Assembly: GCA_012295275.1 (NCBI GenBank)
Contig: CM022670.1
Coordinates: 8,060,001-8,124,000, forward strand
DNA length: 64,000 nucleotides
From: Chrysomallon squamiferum
Taxonomy: Eukaryota > Animalia > Mollusca
Reading direction: 5' to 3'
Each line of letters opens with the position of its first letter. The first letter of the stretch is position 1. The notes below the pieces were generated by a model. That model was not told the origin of the DNA and ran no database searches. It was given only the letters and a program-made list of their open reading frames with translations. Below are positions 1-14,229 of this stretch, one piece after another. The position numbers were made by a program, and so were the translations under genes.

Positions 1-2974
1 TCTGAAATGGGGCGGTTCGAGGGCAGAATCATACCAGTGTTTCTTATTGTTAATGCAAATTAAAGTGAAGTAAAAGACTAGGTAAAAATTAAAATACAAC
101 TTTTAACATTTCAGATGTTATATAATTATATATATATGAAATAAAATAAAGAGAATTTATTTTTCAAATTAAGAAATTTGAAGGTTAAAAAAAAATGCAT
201 AAATAAATAATTCCAGGAGACACACACACACAAAATAAAAAAAAATAAAATTCAATTATAAAAAAAAAAAAGGAAAGAAAGAAAATGCAAAAAAATAAAA
301 TAAAAAAATAAAAGTATATATTAATTTTTGAAAGGAGATAATATGTTCAAAAATAAACAGGTCATTTTTTAAAATAGCACTGCAGATGTAATCTAGCTCA
401 CAATTAGAATTTTATTTATAGGCAATTGTTGTATCCACTGCACTTTTTGTATTTAATGAAACAAGCAAGTTATCATCTGAACAGAGAATTCTAAAATTAG
501 CTCCAGACTCCCATGGGTAGACCTGTTTTAACAAACAGCTAAACCTGCAGTAACACACTTCACAACTATGTAATTTCAGGCAGAACACAGTTGTAACTTA
601 ATATATATATATATACATCTATAAAAAAAAAAAAAAAAAAAAAAAAATTTTTCTTTGTAAATATTTGTAATTACCATAGTGTAATACAACCAATCATTTT
701 ATAAATTCAATCACAACCATAATTATACATGCTAACAAGATACATGTACCATTCTATAAATAAATGTTTTATTTTTTTTAGTTAATTTTTATCTGCTGAA
801 ACACAACTTTTCTTTTCATTCATTCATTCATTCATTCATTCATTCTATTATTATTATTATTATTATTATATATACTTAACATTGATTTAAAACTAGTACA
901 TTATTTATTTGTTTATATTATATTTTAGTTTTATATGATTTATGATTTAATTATTGACACTAAATCCTTGGAGGTATCATGTTCAGGGTTGTTTTGTTGT
1001 TTTTTTTATTTAATAAATGACATTTTACATTAACACATTTTAGTGTCAAATATGCATGCTACAATACCAACATAAGAAAAAGAAAAAGATTTGCTGTCAT
1101 AGTATAGAGTTATATTCTTTACAATTAGCTATAAGGTATCTTTTATGTAGACCTTCCAATAGACAGAGAACGGTTATGAGTACTGGTTAGACCGGCAAAT
1201 AGTAAAATTGTTCTATTACACATTATTGATCCTGTTTCTGACACAGCCTACAATCTGTACCAAAGAATATTTATAGAAAGAAGTTTTTATTAAAGTGCTT
1301 TCAGACACAAACTGTGAATGACTGGCTAGAGCAATGGAATGTATTACTTAATGAAGATAAATAATAATAATAGTCAAAATGTTTTTAATGTTGTAAGAAG
1401 CATATTATTATTTCCCTCCCTCCCTTAAATAAAATTACATCTTTACTAGTTAAAAACTAAACTGTTCAAACCAGAAAAAAAAAGCTTTGTAATTTACTGA
1501 TATTGAAAGAAATATACTCATTTCAGATATATATATATATATACAAAATAATAATAATAATAAAAAATAAATTAATTAAAAGGTTAACAGAAAGTGCTGT
1601 CTTTCAACTGGTGCCATGGCACATTCCATACATGCCATATTTTAGCTATGCCACTGGTTAGAGTGTTAGATGATTAGAAAAAAAAATATGATATATCTTC
1701 GCACTCAACTTCAGCTAAATTCAGGTTCAAAGATTTGATCCCTGCGTCTATCAGCCAACATGCTTGTGATTTAATTACATTTAATTATAGGAAAGAACAG
1801 AAATCCAAACTGTAAAATGCTATAAGCAGAGAAATGTACTCTAGATTCTTCCTAATCAATTAAATGATGCAACTATTTTTCTGTAAGACCACATTAAGAT
1901 GCTGAAAATCAATAGTTTGTATGCAATTAAACTTTTTTTCTCTCTCTACCTCGAAGGAAACAAGTTGCTACATGACATTCAAAAAGATTTTAAAATCTGT
2001 TTCATCGTCTACTCATCATTCTAATTAAAAAAAAAAGATGTATAAAAACATTAATAATAATAACAACAATAATAAAAATAAAATAGAACAAAAATTTTAC
2101 TAGTGTGGATTGTTTGGGGGTTTTTTAATTTAAAATTTAAAATGTTCCAGTTTTTTCTTCAATGCTTGAAATCCACAATATGATGTACATAAACAGTAAT
2201 ACAGTTATTTTTGTTTAAATATATAATAATAATAATAATAAATAAATAAATAAATAAATAAATAAATCATAATCATTAAATTATTTCCACCAATCAAAGC
2301 TCTTGTTCTGTTTTCTCCTTAGTGATCTAAAGGGGTACACTGACTTTTGACCTGTACCAATTGGTCTTGCTGACACAATTTGACAACCTTAACAAATGTT
2401 AGCCACAAATAAGCAACAAGATGAGTAACTTTCATTACAATTTTTTTTTTCTGCTGTTTTAAATTACTAAGTAAAAAAACTAAATTCTTAATAGAATCTT
2501 AGATCCTTAGATTGGTACACAATAGAAATACTAATTGTGATTGGATTGGATTTATTTTCAATCTAGAACTGACATAGCATGCCTGTCATGGACAACTTCT
2601 GTCACATTTAATACAGACTTGAAAAAAACCTTCCCTGTGTTGTAATTATTTCACAAAGAAACCAAATTGAAATGTAAAATTTTTTGCATTTCTTATTATA
2701 TTTACCCCCCCCCATTTACCTCACAGATTAATCAAATTTAACTGACTTTATAAAAGATGGAAATGTATAGTATTTAATGCCTTTTATACTTGTAATAACA
2801 ATAACATATATTTATTAATTTGAGTTTCACCGCTTTAACAAGATTAGGCAAAAAATATTCATTTCTTTCCATATCTTTATTATTTCTGTACATTATTACA
2901 AAATATTCTTAACCTTTTGCAGGAACCCCAATTTACAGATGCTAGAATTAAGATCTCGATGGAATTACTGCTAA

Positions 2975-3540
2975 GAAATGAAAGGGATTAGTGAACAGAG
3001 AACTGTGGTATTATTACTGTCTAAGGGCAGACTGTAACTACTGTGGTCAGAAGGATTAAATGATACTGGAGTAGTGATGAGGAGTGGATGTTATTTATAA
3101 GGTAGTCAGCACTGACCAAAGACTGTTGTGGGGGAGTTGAGAGGTCAACATGATTGGTTTTAATATGTAACAAATTAAACAGAACTGACACAGTGATGCT
3201 CACTAAAGGTGATTAATTTGATCTGAGGACTAAATAAGAATTATTTGAATTCGGAATCAAATGGGGATTAATAAATTTTAAAAAATGGGACACATTTCAC
3301 TTAATGTAACACAGGAGCCTGATGAAATGGGATTATTGTAATGCAAGAAATTAATGAAAAGGATTGTTAATGTGCACTGAAGGATTTGAATAAACCCAGG
3401 GACAGAAAAACAATACCAGTGCTCTGTTTAGGAACCAGTGAATAGGGTCTAAAAAGGATCAGTATGGTTTGAAGAGTAAATGGTTATACGACTCAGTGTG
3501 ACTAGCATGGTTTGATGATTAAATAGGATTAATATAAATA
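2975..3540. repeat. Highly degenerate purine-rich tandem repeat with ggatt(a) core
   Basis: Recurrent aagggatta/aaatgggatta/aaggatt motifs in a G-skewed stretch. Confidence 0.45.
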
Positions 3541-3780
3541 CGATTACCTTGAGATTTGTCAGTGGGTAAATAATACGTTAATTGCATATATTTATTATAA
3601 CACTGATTGCTAACTGTGATTACTAAACACAATACATAAAAATCATCAGTCAGTTTTCTTCCAGCGTCTGATTTTATATGTGTAACCCAATTTCAGAAAG
3701 CTCTCACCCATTTTCTCCTCACCAGTTTAGGCAACTCCTAGATGTAAATAAAGGAAGAGAAAAAGACGTAAAGTACTTAC

Positions 3781-3831
3781 TCTTTTCTTACAATGGGCTT
3801 TGTTCCCCTGCTGCTTCTTCTTCCTGGTTAC
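3781..3831 (-). CDS. AFF4: Probable AFF exon (VTRKKKQQGNKAHCKKR if entered in phase 0; SNQEEEAAGEQSP.. if phase 1)
   Basis: Branch-like gctaat plus gtacttcag acceptor, purine-rich body, donors tt|gtaaga (exon end 3792) and ga|gtaagt (exon end 3781). Frame is ambiguous. Confidence 0.55.
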
Positions 3832-4594
3832 CTGAAGTACAAATCACAATATTAGCAAACAGTCGACCACGTTTTGTTTACAAACAGAATCATCAGGCAG
3901 AAGCAACAGTGAAAAAATAAAACAAAAAAAAAATAAATCAATGAAACGTCGCTGTGACGGACCAGTTTTCATCCTAATTCATTACTGAGGACAAAGCCAC
4001 TTGAGCATTCAGCAGGATCAATAGAAATATGTCAATATTTTACGGCTGCCTCATGACTTGTCAACACAGAAATTAACTCAATCATCTATCTCTTTCAAGA
4101 TAAATGTCTTTTATTCCTCTTCATATTTTCTTTACCCTCTACGTTGTTGTTTTTTCTGTCCCTCATTTTTCATTCAGTTCTTTCTTTCATTTTTATTTCA
4201 TATATATATACATTTGTTAGCTGTTCAGTGGATGCACAGATTAATAAGCTGGAATTTACAGTTATTAAGAATTTCACAAAACAAGTGACTGACTATAGGA
4301 AGAAGTGTATTTCAAAATTATTTTTAATAGTACAAAAGGATTTGGTATTAAAGGAGATTAAGAAACAGTTTCTTTATTAATACATCTGGAATTTTCATTT
4401 TCATTAAGAGAAAATTAAGGTAAAATATGAATGATTTACTGCCACTTCAATTCTAGATAGCTATTTAGATAAACATAGATAATCCTTCTTAACTTACACA
4501 GTAATTATTTCACAAAGTTGACAATTGTTTTCTTGGTAATGGGGTCTTTTGAAACATTAATTCATTTTTGTTACTCATTATCTAATCCAATGTA

Positions 4595-4598
<4 letters not shown>

Positions 4599-4649
<51 letters not shown>
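4599..4649. repeat. (ATT)n microsatellite followed by poly-T and poly-G
   Basis: Direct read. Similar ATT/AAT tracts at 4947-4993, 30127-30172, 49128-49191 and 50805-50860. Confidence 0.95.
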
Positions 4650-4873
4650 TTTTTTTTTTTTTTTTTGGGGGGGGGGCTCAGTTGACATAAACAAACATCT
4701 CAATACATTTTGTATACTTTCAATTGATATTTTTTTGTTTCTAAACACCAAACCTTTGCAAATAATAAAGTATGAAAAAAAAAAAAAAAAATAAAACACA
4801 AGATGATGCATAGAAACAGTCACTTTTACAACATTAATAACATCATTTGAAGATACAAGAGCTGAAAACATTA

Positions 4874-4904
<31 letters not shown>

Positions 4905-4946
4905 TAAATTGGGAGACTGAGAGACTGATATATTACATTTTATTTA

Positions 4947-4993
<47 letters not shown>

Positions 4994-5547
4994 GATTTTG
5001 TATGTGTGTTTGTAATTTTTATTTTTTTATTTTACTGTTTGGTTTTAAACAGTAATAAAAGTTAAGATCATGTGATTTTTCAGAAGTGATAAAAGTCCTT
5101 TTTAAAATAATTGTTTAAATATATATTGTTTTCCATAGTGCAGAAATGATTTGAAAGGAGAAACAAACATGATATGATCTAACTATACTGAGTTGAACAA
5201 AAGCATAAAACAATATGTAACTTAAAAGTTCAATAATCATTATAATGTCAAAATAAAAACCTCAAAAAAACAAAACAAAAACATGCATAAAAAAACAATG
5301 ACATGAATTGCCCTGTTGCCACTCACACACACATATATCCACACATGAAGAAGAAATGGAAAAAACCCACAAAAAACCCCCATCAAACTTCCAATGGATA
5401 TGATCTAAATATTTGGAATAAATAAATAAATATATAAATAAATCAAAAAATAAAAAAAAAAAAATAAAAATAATAATAATAATAACAGAGTAGTAGTATT
5501 AGTAGTAGCAATTATAAATAAAACAAAAAACAAAAATATGGCATGAC

Positions 5548-5588
5548 CTCTTCATCTGATATTGAAAAGGTGGGATGTGACCCAAAAT
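5548..5588 (-). CDS. Candidate AFF exon ((N)FGSHPTFSISDEE)
   Basis: A pyrimidine tract, then ggaag|at...gag|gtcatg; 41 nt, phase 1 to 0. It would bridge 10040 to 3831 in frame, but both splice sites are weak. Confidence 0.3.
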
Positions 5589-6023
5589 CTTCCATTGAAG
5601 AAAAGAAAAAGCTAGGATATTATCTGTTTAGCACACAAAATGTAAGTGATGTAATAAAACAAGAGTTTTATTAAAGCAAAAAAAATATATCACAATATTT
5701 ACTACCGAGTTCTGCATTGATGTTTTTACGTAAAAAAAAACCAATGTCAGCATCGACAAATCTATGCAATCATCATATTTTCAGGAAACAAAAAATGCAA
5801 ACACCTTAAAAATATCTTGTATTACTTTCTTTTCTTTTTTTTTCCTTTTTTTTTAATAATTTATCTTCTCTTGATGAGCAAATATGCTCTGGGTATAAAG
5901 AAGGAAGTTATAGTAAAGCAAAAAAAAAAAAAAAAAAAAAATTTAAAAACATGATTTACTTTGAAACACCTAAGTGAAATATATATATATAAATTCAAAA
6001 TAAAATACAAAATACATAAACAA

Positions 6024-6056
<33 letters not shown>

Positions 6057-6907
6057 GGTTATAAAAACAGAAAATTCAGATACACATTTCATTTTCTCTT
6101 CCACAACAGGGCGTGGCCATTTTAAATGATTTTGTGATTTCTGTTTTATAAAGACATGATCAATAAATTTTATATCTGAATATTGTTTACAAACATGTAA
6201 CTGGACAATGGAACACAATCTGAAACTATCTTTGTAATTTAATTCTGTTCTTCCAGTAAGCTGACACAAAACTCACATCATCTATTCAGAGTGTAGTCAC
6301 TCAAAGCATTTTTACAACACACCTGGGCAACATAAATAAAATTCATTTCCATAAAATAATATGATGATAAAATCTCCATCAAACTTAGCACAGTGAGAGA
6401 CTGTAACCACAGCAACACTAAACAACATTATATTGGACTCAAGAATTGCCTGTTCTATCACATAAATTCAACAACTGTTTTATCGTTTTTCATTATTTTT
6501 TTAAATTGGTATTTTTAAAAATCTTTTTAAGAACACTAACGTAAGACAGATGAAGAAAATATTTCCTATTGATTTGAAAATGTATTTGATCATCTTCTTT
6601 TTAATGAACATTTTAACGAACACTTTAATGACTGAAACAGAATTTTCACAACTGAAGTTTTATTGCCAGTGGTTTATCAGTAAATTCAATTATTTCTCTA
6701 TGTGTGTGTACATTTGACAAATTTATTGCCTTTATATACTGTTAAAATAACAGAATAGGTAATTTAAAAATATATATATCAAATATGTCAAGTCGTAAGT
6801 ACTGAACATGATAAATATTAAAAATGTATTTAAAACAAATTTGTTTTTTCTCTAAAGATATTGAAAAAACTTTTACACCAAGAATATTTTAATCAAGAGG
6901 TAAAGTT

Positions 6908-6951
<44 letters not shown>

Positions 6952-7279
6952 GATATATAAATGGCTTAAATATGTATTATACACAGTTTAATTACTTGTG
7001 CCTTCTTCAAGTTGAATCATGAGCAGTTAAATATGCAAATGTCTCCAAAAATATAAAACAATGGAAAAATATAGTTTTACACACTTAACATGTGTACTAA
7101 TTAATATATTTAAATAGAAATCTAAAGGATTGTTTTTCAGAATAATTCAGGAGTGTTATTTCAAATGTTATTACACTTCAAAGAAATTCAACTTTTCTGA
7201 AACAAACAAAATGCTTTTGCTAATGAAAAATTTTGATTTTACAAAATTTAAACTGATTACTGTGTATCACATGAACATT

Positions 7280-7390
<111 letters not shown>

Positions 7391-7587
7391 AATGGATATT
7401 CTAAAAATGGATACCATCACAGATGGTGACTTTTATTGGCATGACACAGATGGCATGTAAATCAGATGCATATCTTCTCACAATTCCACAGCTATTAAAA
7501 ATTAATATTTTATCTGTTATACATTGTTTCATAATCAAAAAATAAAATAAAAATAAAAATAAATTTAAAAAAAATATAAATAAATAA

Positions 7588-7644
<57 letters not shown>

Positions 7645-8807
7645 ATTTAAAAATATAAAATAAAATAATCAATATATTTGTTTATGTATTAAACAAAACA
7701 AATAAAAATAGAAATAAAAATAAAAATATACGTTAAATATTTTATGTGTTGTTTACTTTTTCACAATCCAAAATTTACACACCAGTAATAAAGCACCAGT
7801 TGTAATGGGAAAATAGTAGTAAACAGTTACACTTATAAAAACTCATCTGCAAATCACTGTTGAGCAAGAAATAGCTGAAACTACATTAATATTAAATAAA
7901 TTTAATAAAACAGGACTGTAACGTCATTCTACACTGCTATATTCTAAGAAATAAAAAGAAAAAAATAAGTATTTCAACATCAGCCATTGTTAGCAACTGA
8001 ACAGACCTGACAAGCAATTTTGTAACAGTATTCAAAATTTCTCACTAATTGTTTTATCTGTGTCTGGCATTTTCCTTCTTTTTTTTTGTTGTAAAAGTGA
8101 GAAATTTTTTTTTTTTTTTTAAATCACACTGCTAATATATAGTATCCTTACTGTATTTACAGAAATAAAACAAACCAAACAAAAACAAACAAAAAAAACA
8201 AGGAAAGTGAATAAATTAATTTTTAAAAAAGAACTGCTAAAAAAAAAACCATCCCAGGACAAAGTTCAAATGGTGTGTTTCTTTTATATAAACAAAAAAT
8301 AAAATAAAATAAAATAAAAATATATTTATTAAAATATTAGAATTAAAGATAAATTTATTATTATTTAAAAAAAAAAAATTGTATTCATTCATGTGTGTGT
8401 GTGTGTGTGTGTGTGTGTGGTGCATTTTGTAATAAAAAAATATTGTTTTTTGTAGCACTTAAGTTGCAGACAGAGAATAAGTGTGAAGACATGATGTGAA
8501 TTTGTATTTATAAATTAGATCACAGAATGTGTTTTACTGTCTTGAATAAACAAGTCAGTCGTCTGTTTAGCTGTAGCTCAACACACACTACAACAACAGC
8601 AACTGCAGCAGCAGCAACATAAATAAATTAATTAATTAGCTAATTAAATTAAATAAAATTAAATTAAATAAATTGCTGTTTTGTTTTGTTAGGGTTTTCT
8701 AGGGTCAGATTGGAGAAGTTGTTTCTTATTTATAAATTATACCAAAACATTATAAATATTGGCCTTTAAAATGAATAATAGTAAAAACTAAAACTAAAAT
8801 TTTATGA

Positions 8808-8839
<32 letters not shown>

Positions 8840-10039
8840 CCCTTTTTGCTTTTATTTTTCTGTTGTTTTGTTAATAAATTACTCTGTATCTAATATTCTG
8901 AACTGCAGTTACAAAAGAAAACATTTAACTATTAATTTTCTGTTGTGTCTCAATATAAGTAAAGAAACATCAAATTGTTTAATATTCTGCTTATTGACAA
9001 TAACACATTTTACTGACATTTCTAAGACAGAGAGACAAAAGATTAAATTTCTGTTTTTATTTACAACTTCCTGGTGAATACGCAAGTAAATTACCTTAAA
9101 GAATGTCAGCCAGTCTTAGTTGTGTGACAGCAGAGGAGTATAAATACTACCTTTTCATTTCCTCGAGTAATTCGTTTTTGTTGACATTTTAAAACATATT
9201 AATGGTTACCAGGTGTCATAAGTAATTGTGATTTTACTATAATGCTCAAAGAAAGACAACCAAAAGCCATCTTTCCGAGATTAAATGTTAATGATTATGG
9301 ATATTATACAGGCACTGCACTTAAGTGTGAATGCACATAATAGTTTTGAGTGATATAATAATGTTGCTGGATTAGGAAATACCATCATATGTACACAAAG
9401 AAGCACTGATCAGAAGTCCCACAAAAATCTTAAAGTTAACAAACAAAAATGTAACCCGACTGTTCAGTTAAGCTATTTAATTAATTAAGCTATTTCTCTA
9501 GAAAATAAATAAACTTTAACAAAAAATTATTTTATTACATTACAGCTGTTATTTATTTATTTATTTAAGTTTTAATTATGGAAATGCATCAAGCGAAACT
9601 TTATTTTTATGTTTATTTTTTGTTTTAAATTTTGTTTATGAAGATTAAAAGCCAGCCAAGTAAATCACAAAGTAGTCTTATCTCTCAGTCTGTCAGGACT
9701 TTTGCATTCTTACAGTCTTTAAAAATTACTGAAAATTATTCCACTGATTTACACAGATTATATGTGTGTGTGTGTGTGTGTGTCTCTCTCTCTCTCTCTA
9801 TTTACATACAGACACACATTACACCAGATAGATTGCACTTTATTATTAGAAAAGGCTGGTACATAGATAATTCATTTGGAAGGATACAAATATATTAGCA
9901 TGTATGTTAACATCAGCAAAAATATGTGAAAATTCATTTTAACATACAACTTAAACATTAGGCATATGTATGTTAACATCATCACAGGTACATTTTAAAA
10001 AGAAACAATTTAAGGGAAAACAAACAAAAAATCACTTAC

Positions 10040-10073
10040 TTTTTTCTTTGCTCAAGTTGGTGTCTTTTCCATC
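10040..10073 (-). CDS. AFF4: AFF small exon (DGKDTNLSKEK + 1 nt)
   Basis: atttcag|gat...a|gtaagt, 34 nt, phase 0 to 1, strong splice sites, in frame with the previous exon. Confidence 0.75.
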
Positions 10074-11259
10074 CTGAAATGAAGAAGATAATATAATTAA
10101 AATCCAGAACTCAGAACACTTTCACAGATTAACCAAAAGGAACATTTTTATATATATACCTTCCCATATACAGAAGGTACACCACATGTAATTTATTACA
10201 TCAGAAAAGAGAGGATTGTGAAGAAAAAAAACAATATCCACTTTGACAAGAATTGATCCCAAAATCTTCAACATTCTAGGGCAACTATTCTATTAAAGAA
10301 ATAACATTTTTTCTTTTCTTTCCTGTCTTTTTAAAAAAAAAAAAAATCTTAAGTATTTTTTAAGTATCTTATTTTGATTTGCAGACGTTTTTTGTTTTAA
10401 ATCTTTTTTTAACTTTTATTTAAAAATGTTGTTTTTGGGGTTTTTTACTTTATTTAAAAGGAAAGATAATAAATAAAACTTTTTCAAACACGTTTACTAT
10501 TTCTGGGTTTTTTTAATAGTGAAATCTTGAACCAGTTTTGAAATTTAATGTTCCATGTGGGTGATCCAGCTTTAATTCATAACCTCGAGCTCTTAATGCT
10601 TATTTATCTTGGTATGCTAACTTTTTTTTTCCCTTCAAATAAAAGTGCTTGCAAGTGTTTCCTAATGTTTGAATCATCATCACATATTTATGTTATTTGC
10701 AGAACAGTGTAATTGATGCCAGCAGGAGCATGCAAGGAAAGCTTCTGCTGAATGTTATTTTATTTTATTTTATTTTGTTTTATTTTGTTTTGCTGTGTTT
10801 TGTTTTTTCAACATTATTAACACTACTGGTAGCAGGCAAACATTTTTTTTAATTTTTAATATTTATTTTTTTACTATTTTATTTTTATTTATGGTGTATT
10901 AAATTAAAAAAAAAATATTTTTATGTACTAAAATGTTTTTTTAAATGGCTTGCGCAATATTGCTACATATATATTCATACTCTCTCTCTTTTTCTTTCTC
11001 TGTCTCTCATTGACTCTCAAGTAGTCTGTGTTATTGTGACATCAACTGTTATACACTCGACTAACCTAAACAACAGTACCTTTTCATTATCTTTATTAAT
11101 TGTAACACCCCCACCCTCACCCCCAAATTAATAATATCTAATAATACTAGTTATTTACTTTGCTACCAGTGTCTGTCTTACATAACCTTAGTATTCTGAC
11201 TAAGAGTTTTGGTTAATGAAAGCAACAAGACAGGAACTGTATGATTTATTTTTACACAC

Positions 11260-11355
11260 CTTATTTTGGTATTTTGCAGGAAAAGGAAATGTTTCTTCTA
11301 ATTTATTCTGTGGAGTGTTGATGCCAGTTAGTGGTGGTTGGATGTCGATCATTTC
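11260..11355 (-). CDS. AFF4: AFF exon, ELL-binding ALF segment (EMIDIQPPLTGINTPQNKLEETFPFPAKYQNK)
   Basis: ttgttgtag|gaa...aag|gtgtgt, 96 nt. Clear match to the EMTHSWPPPLTAIHTP...KFPFP motif. Confidence 0.92.
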
Positions 11356-11982
11356 CTACAACAAAAAAAAAATAAAAATAAAAAATATAAATTAAATTAA
11401 AAAACCAAGGAAACTAACAGTGTTCTGGAATCGAGAAAAGGACAGAAGGAAAAATGAAGCAAAGAGGAAAGGAAGAATAGGAGAAAGTGGAATGTTTCAT
11501 AAATGATGGACAAGAGCGGTAGAGGTGGGAAGAAAGAAAAAGACAGAGAACTGAAAAGCAGTATGAAACACGCATCACAATCTATATATCTACATTAATG
11601 TGAGAGAAACAGCAGATGCATGGAAAATAAAATCAACAAATAAATAAAAAATAAAAAATTTAAAAACTGTATTTAATTAGCTTGTGTGTTTGAAAGTCAT
11701 CAAGAAAATAAATGAAATATTAGAAAAAGATGTTTTTTTGTAAATATATATATACACATATAAAAACAACTACATCTGACCTAATTTCTAATGACATGAA
11801 GATTAGAAAATGAGTAGGCTATTGATTAGAAGGGCATTAATCATGTCTCATTAAGAAAGTCAAGCAAAATAACAATGTAAGATTAATGACTAGAATTTCC
11901 TTTAATACCATGTTTCATAATGTACAATCAGCAGTGCATGCATTCTCACTGTTAATATTCTCAGATAAACTGCAAGATTATT

Positions 11983-12270
11983 AACACAAATAGTGTGTTA
12001 CTCTTGTAACGCAGTAAACAAACATCAAACTGTAACCTTATAAACACAAATAGATTGTTCCCCTGTAAACACCGAGCTTGTAACATTGTAAACAAACATC
12101 AGATTGTAAAACTCTAAACAAACAGCAGTATTTTAACGTTGTAAATAAATAACCAAACTGTAACCTTGTGAACACAGCCAGATTGTAAGAATGAAAACAC
12201 ACTCATAGATTGTAACACTCTAATCAAACACCAGATTGTAACATTGTAAACAAACAAAGATTGTAACAAG
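11983..12270. repeat. Degenerate ~26-bp minisatellite (taaacaaacancagattgtaacnttg), about 10-11 units
   Basis: Recurrent taaaca...ttgtaac units visible by eye. Confidence 0.8.
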
Positions 12271-14186
12271 GTACAGCCTAATTTTAATGTAAACCATCAA
12301 GTTATATCAATATGCCTTATCTCAAAAATCTATCTTATTCTGTTTTTGTCAGTTTAATCACAACTAATGGATTTCAACAACTTTTTATTTTTATTTTCTA
12401 GGTCATCTTGTAAAAAAATACTTTCCAATAAAGATTTTATCAGTCTGTTATGTTAAAACTGTCATTTAACAACATGTCCATATGTTATAGTAAAAGAAAA
12501 AAAGAACAACATAGTTACCTTATTGGATGAAGATGTACACATGTGTGTATGTATACACACAAAAATGTATCTATTTAATTATAATTTATTTGTGGCTTTA
12601 ACAAATCAACATCATTTTTGTTTACTTTTAATAATTAATTAAATTCTTTTAAATTTTCCTGTTTCTACATAAAATAAATAAATAAGTATATAAACCTGGA
12701 AAGCTATGAATTTTATATTTTTTCCCTTAATTCATTCTCCCTTAAACTAAAAAAACATAAAGGGTTTATTATTTAGCATTGTCATCTATGCCTAACTTAG
12801 GAGGAAGATATTTTTTTTATTTTATTTTTATTTTTATTTTTTTATCTGAATGCAGCCTACACATAATTTTATTATTGTTAAGTGAAACCAAGCATACTTT
12901 ATAGACATTTCACAGATTTTTATCACATTTTAACATCTTGGAAATTATTTTTTGTTTTATGGCTCAATTTATATATAGAATATATATATTTATAAACATT
13001 TTAGTCATGAATTTGGATGAATGTGTTATTTGTATCTGTTAATGTGGTAATTTTTTGTGAATATACAAGTATCTATAGTTGTGTATATGTCGATTTTGAT
13101 ATACATGTGTGCGTATATTTGTTATGTGTATGTTTAATGTTTCTTTTTTAATTTAATAATATTGTTAAATACATTATTATTAACCACAATTTAAACCTTC
13201 ATGGTATTAATAGATGTTCATTATCAGTATTTTGTATTTTATTTTACTTTTAAATACAAAATAATCCCTGAAGTGCTATAAAATTTACTCTGAAAATGTA
13301 TTAAAAATATTACCAAAACTTCACCTTCCTTAACTTTTAGATTATTTATGTCAATACATTCAAATTACCAGAAAGTATTTTAAAGCAGTTTCTAAATACA
13401 GCGCATTCAGATGACAAACATATCTAAGTTACCTCCCTTCCATAATTCTCTTAGTTTCTGCAACCCTTTAATATTTATTTCTGAAAGTGATTACATTTTT
13501 TACTTTTGTGCATCTCAAAGCTTCTTTTAAAGGTAAGAATCTTGAAAATTCAAGAAAAATTTCAATACTGTGTTTTGTACAGTTACAAGGAAGGCTGAAA
13601 TGAGGGCACAAGCTGTTAAAATATTTGAACTGTTGTGACCATGTTTATTAACAAATTCTGTGTACGTTGGACCAACCTACATTGCAATACAGAGGAACGT
13701 GTCCATATATACACAGAAAAACTTGACCTTAACACAGATCCAGGGATTACTGGCTTTAACTCGCATGCTGTTGGTTATACACTTCATAAATATTCATGAC
13801 ATGGCTAAATGTCACTGGTTTTAGTGTCACAGTTGGTCATTTTCATAAAAGGTTGACTGACTGTAAGTGCAGCCAAATGGGTCAAACTAATTTATGAAGT
13901 TTAGAGTAATAACAATAACAATTAATTAACAGTAAGTAAACATTTTGAAAAATTGGATTTTCTGAAATTAACTAAAAGAAATATATTAATTATTATTATT
14001 TTTTTTTTTATTATTATTCACCTAGCACTCACAAAAAAATTTATTTTTAAAATTTCAGATAATAAACATTTTTTTTTAAATTAAATATAAACATATTTGG
14101 ATTTTCTAACAAAATCTAACAAGAATAACAGATGAAGATCAGTTAAAAAAATCTTAAAAGACTGAGGCACCACTCTCACTCATTTG

Positions 14187-14229
<43 letters not shown>

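Noticed and set aside
1-80. GC-richer left edge, possible AFF acceptor (atttcag|a at position 1)
   Set aside because: Truncated by the window edge; frame and exon cannot be evaluated.
9085-9190. Possible AFF exon or alternative start with donors aag|gtagta and aag|gtaatt
   Set aside because: No clear acceptor, and the nearest strong ATG frame ends in TGA; cannot be supported.
11983-12270. Regularly spaced repeats as a CRISPR-like array (also 35370-35910)
   Set aside because: Units are degenerate and contiguous with no unique spacers, no cas genes, and a eukaryotic intron context.
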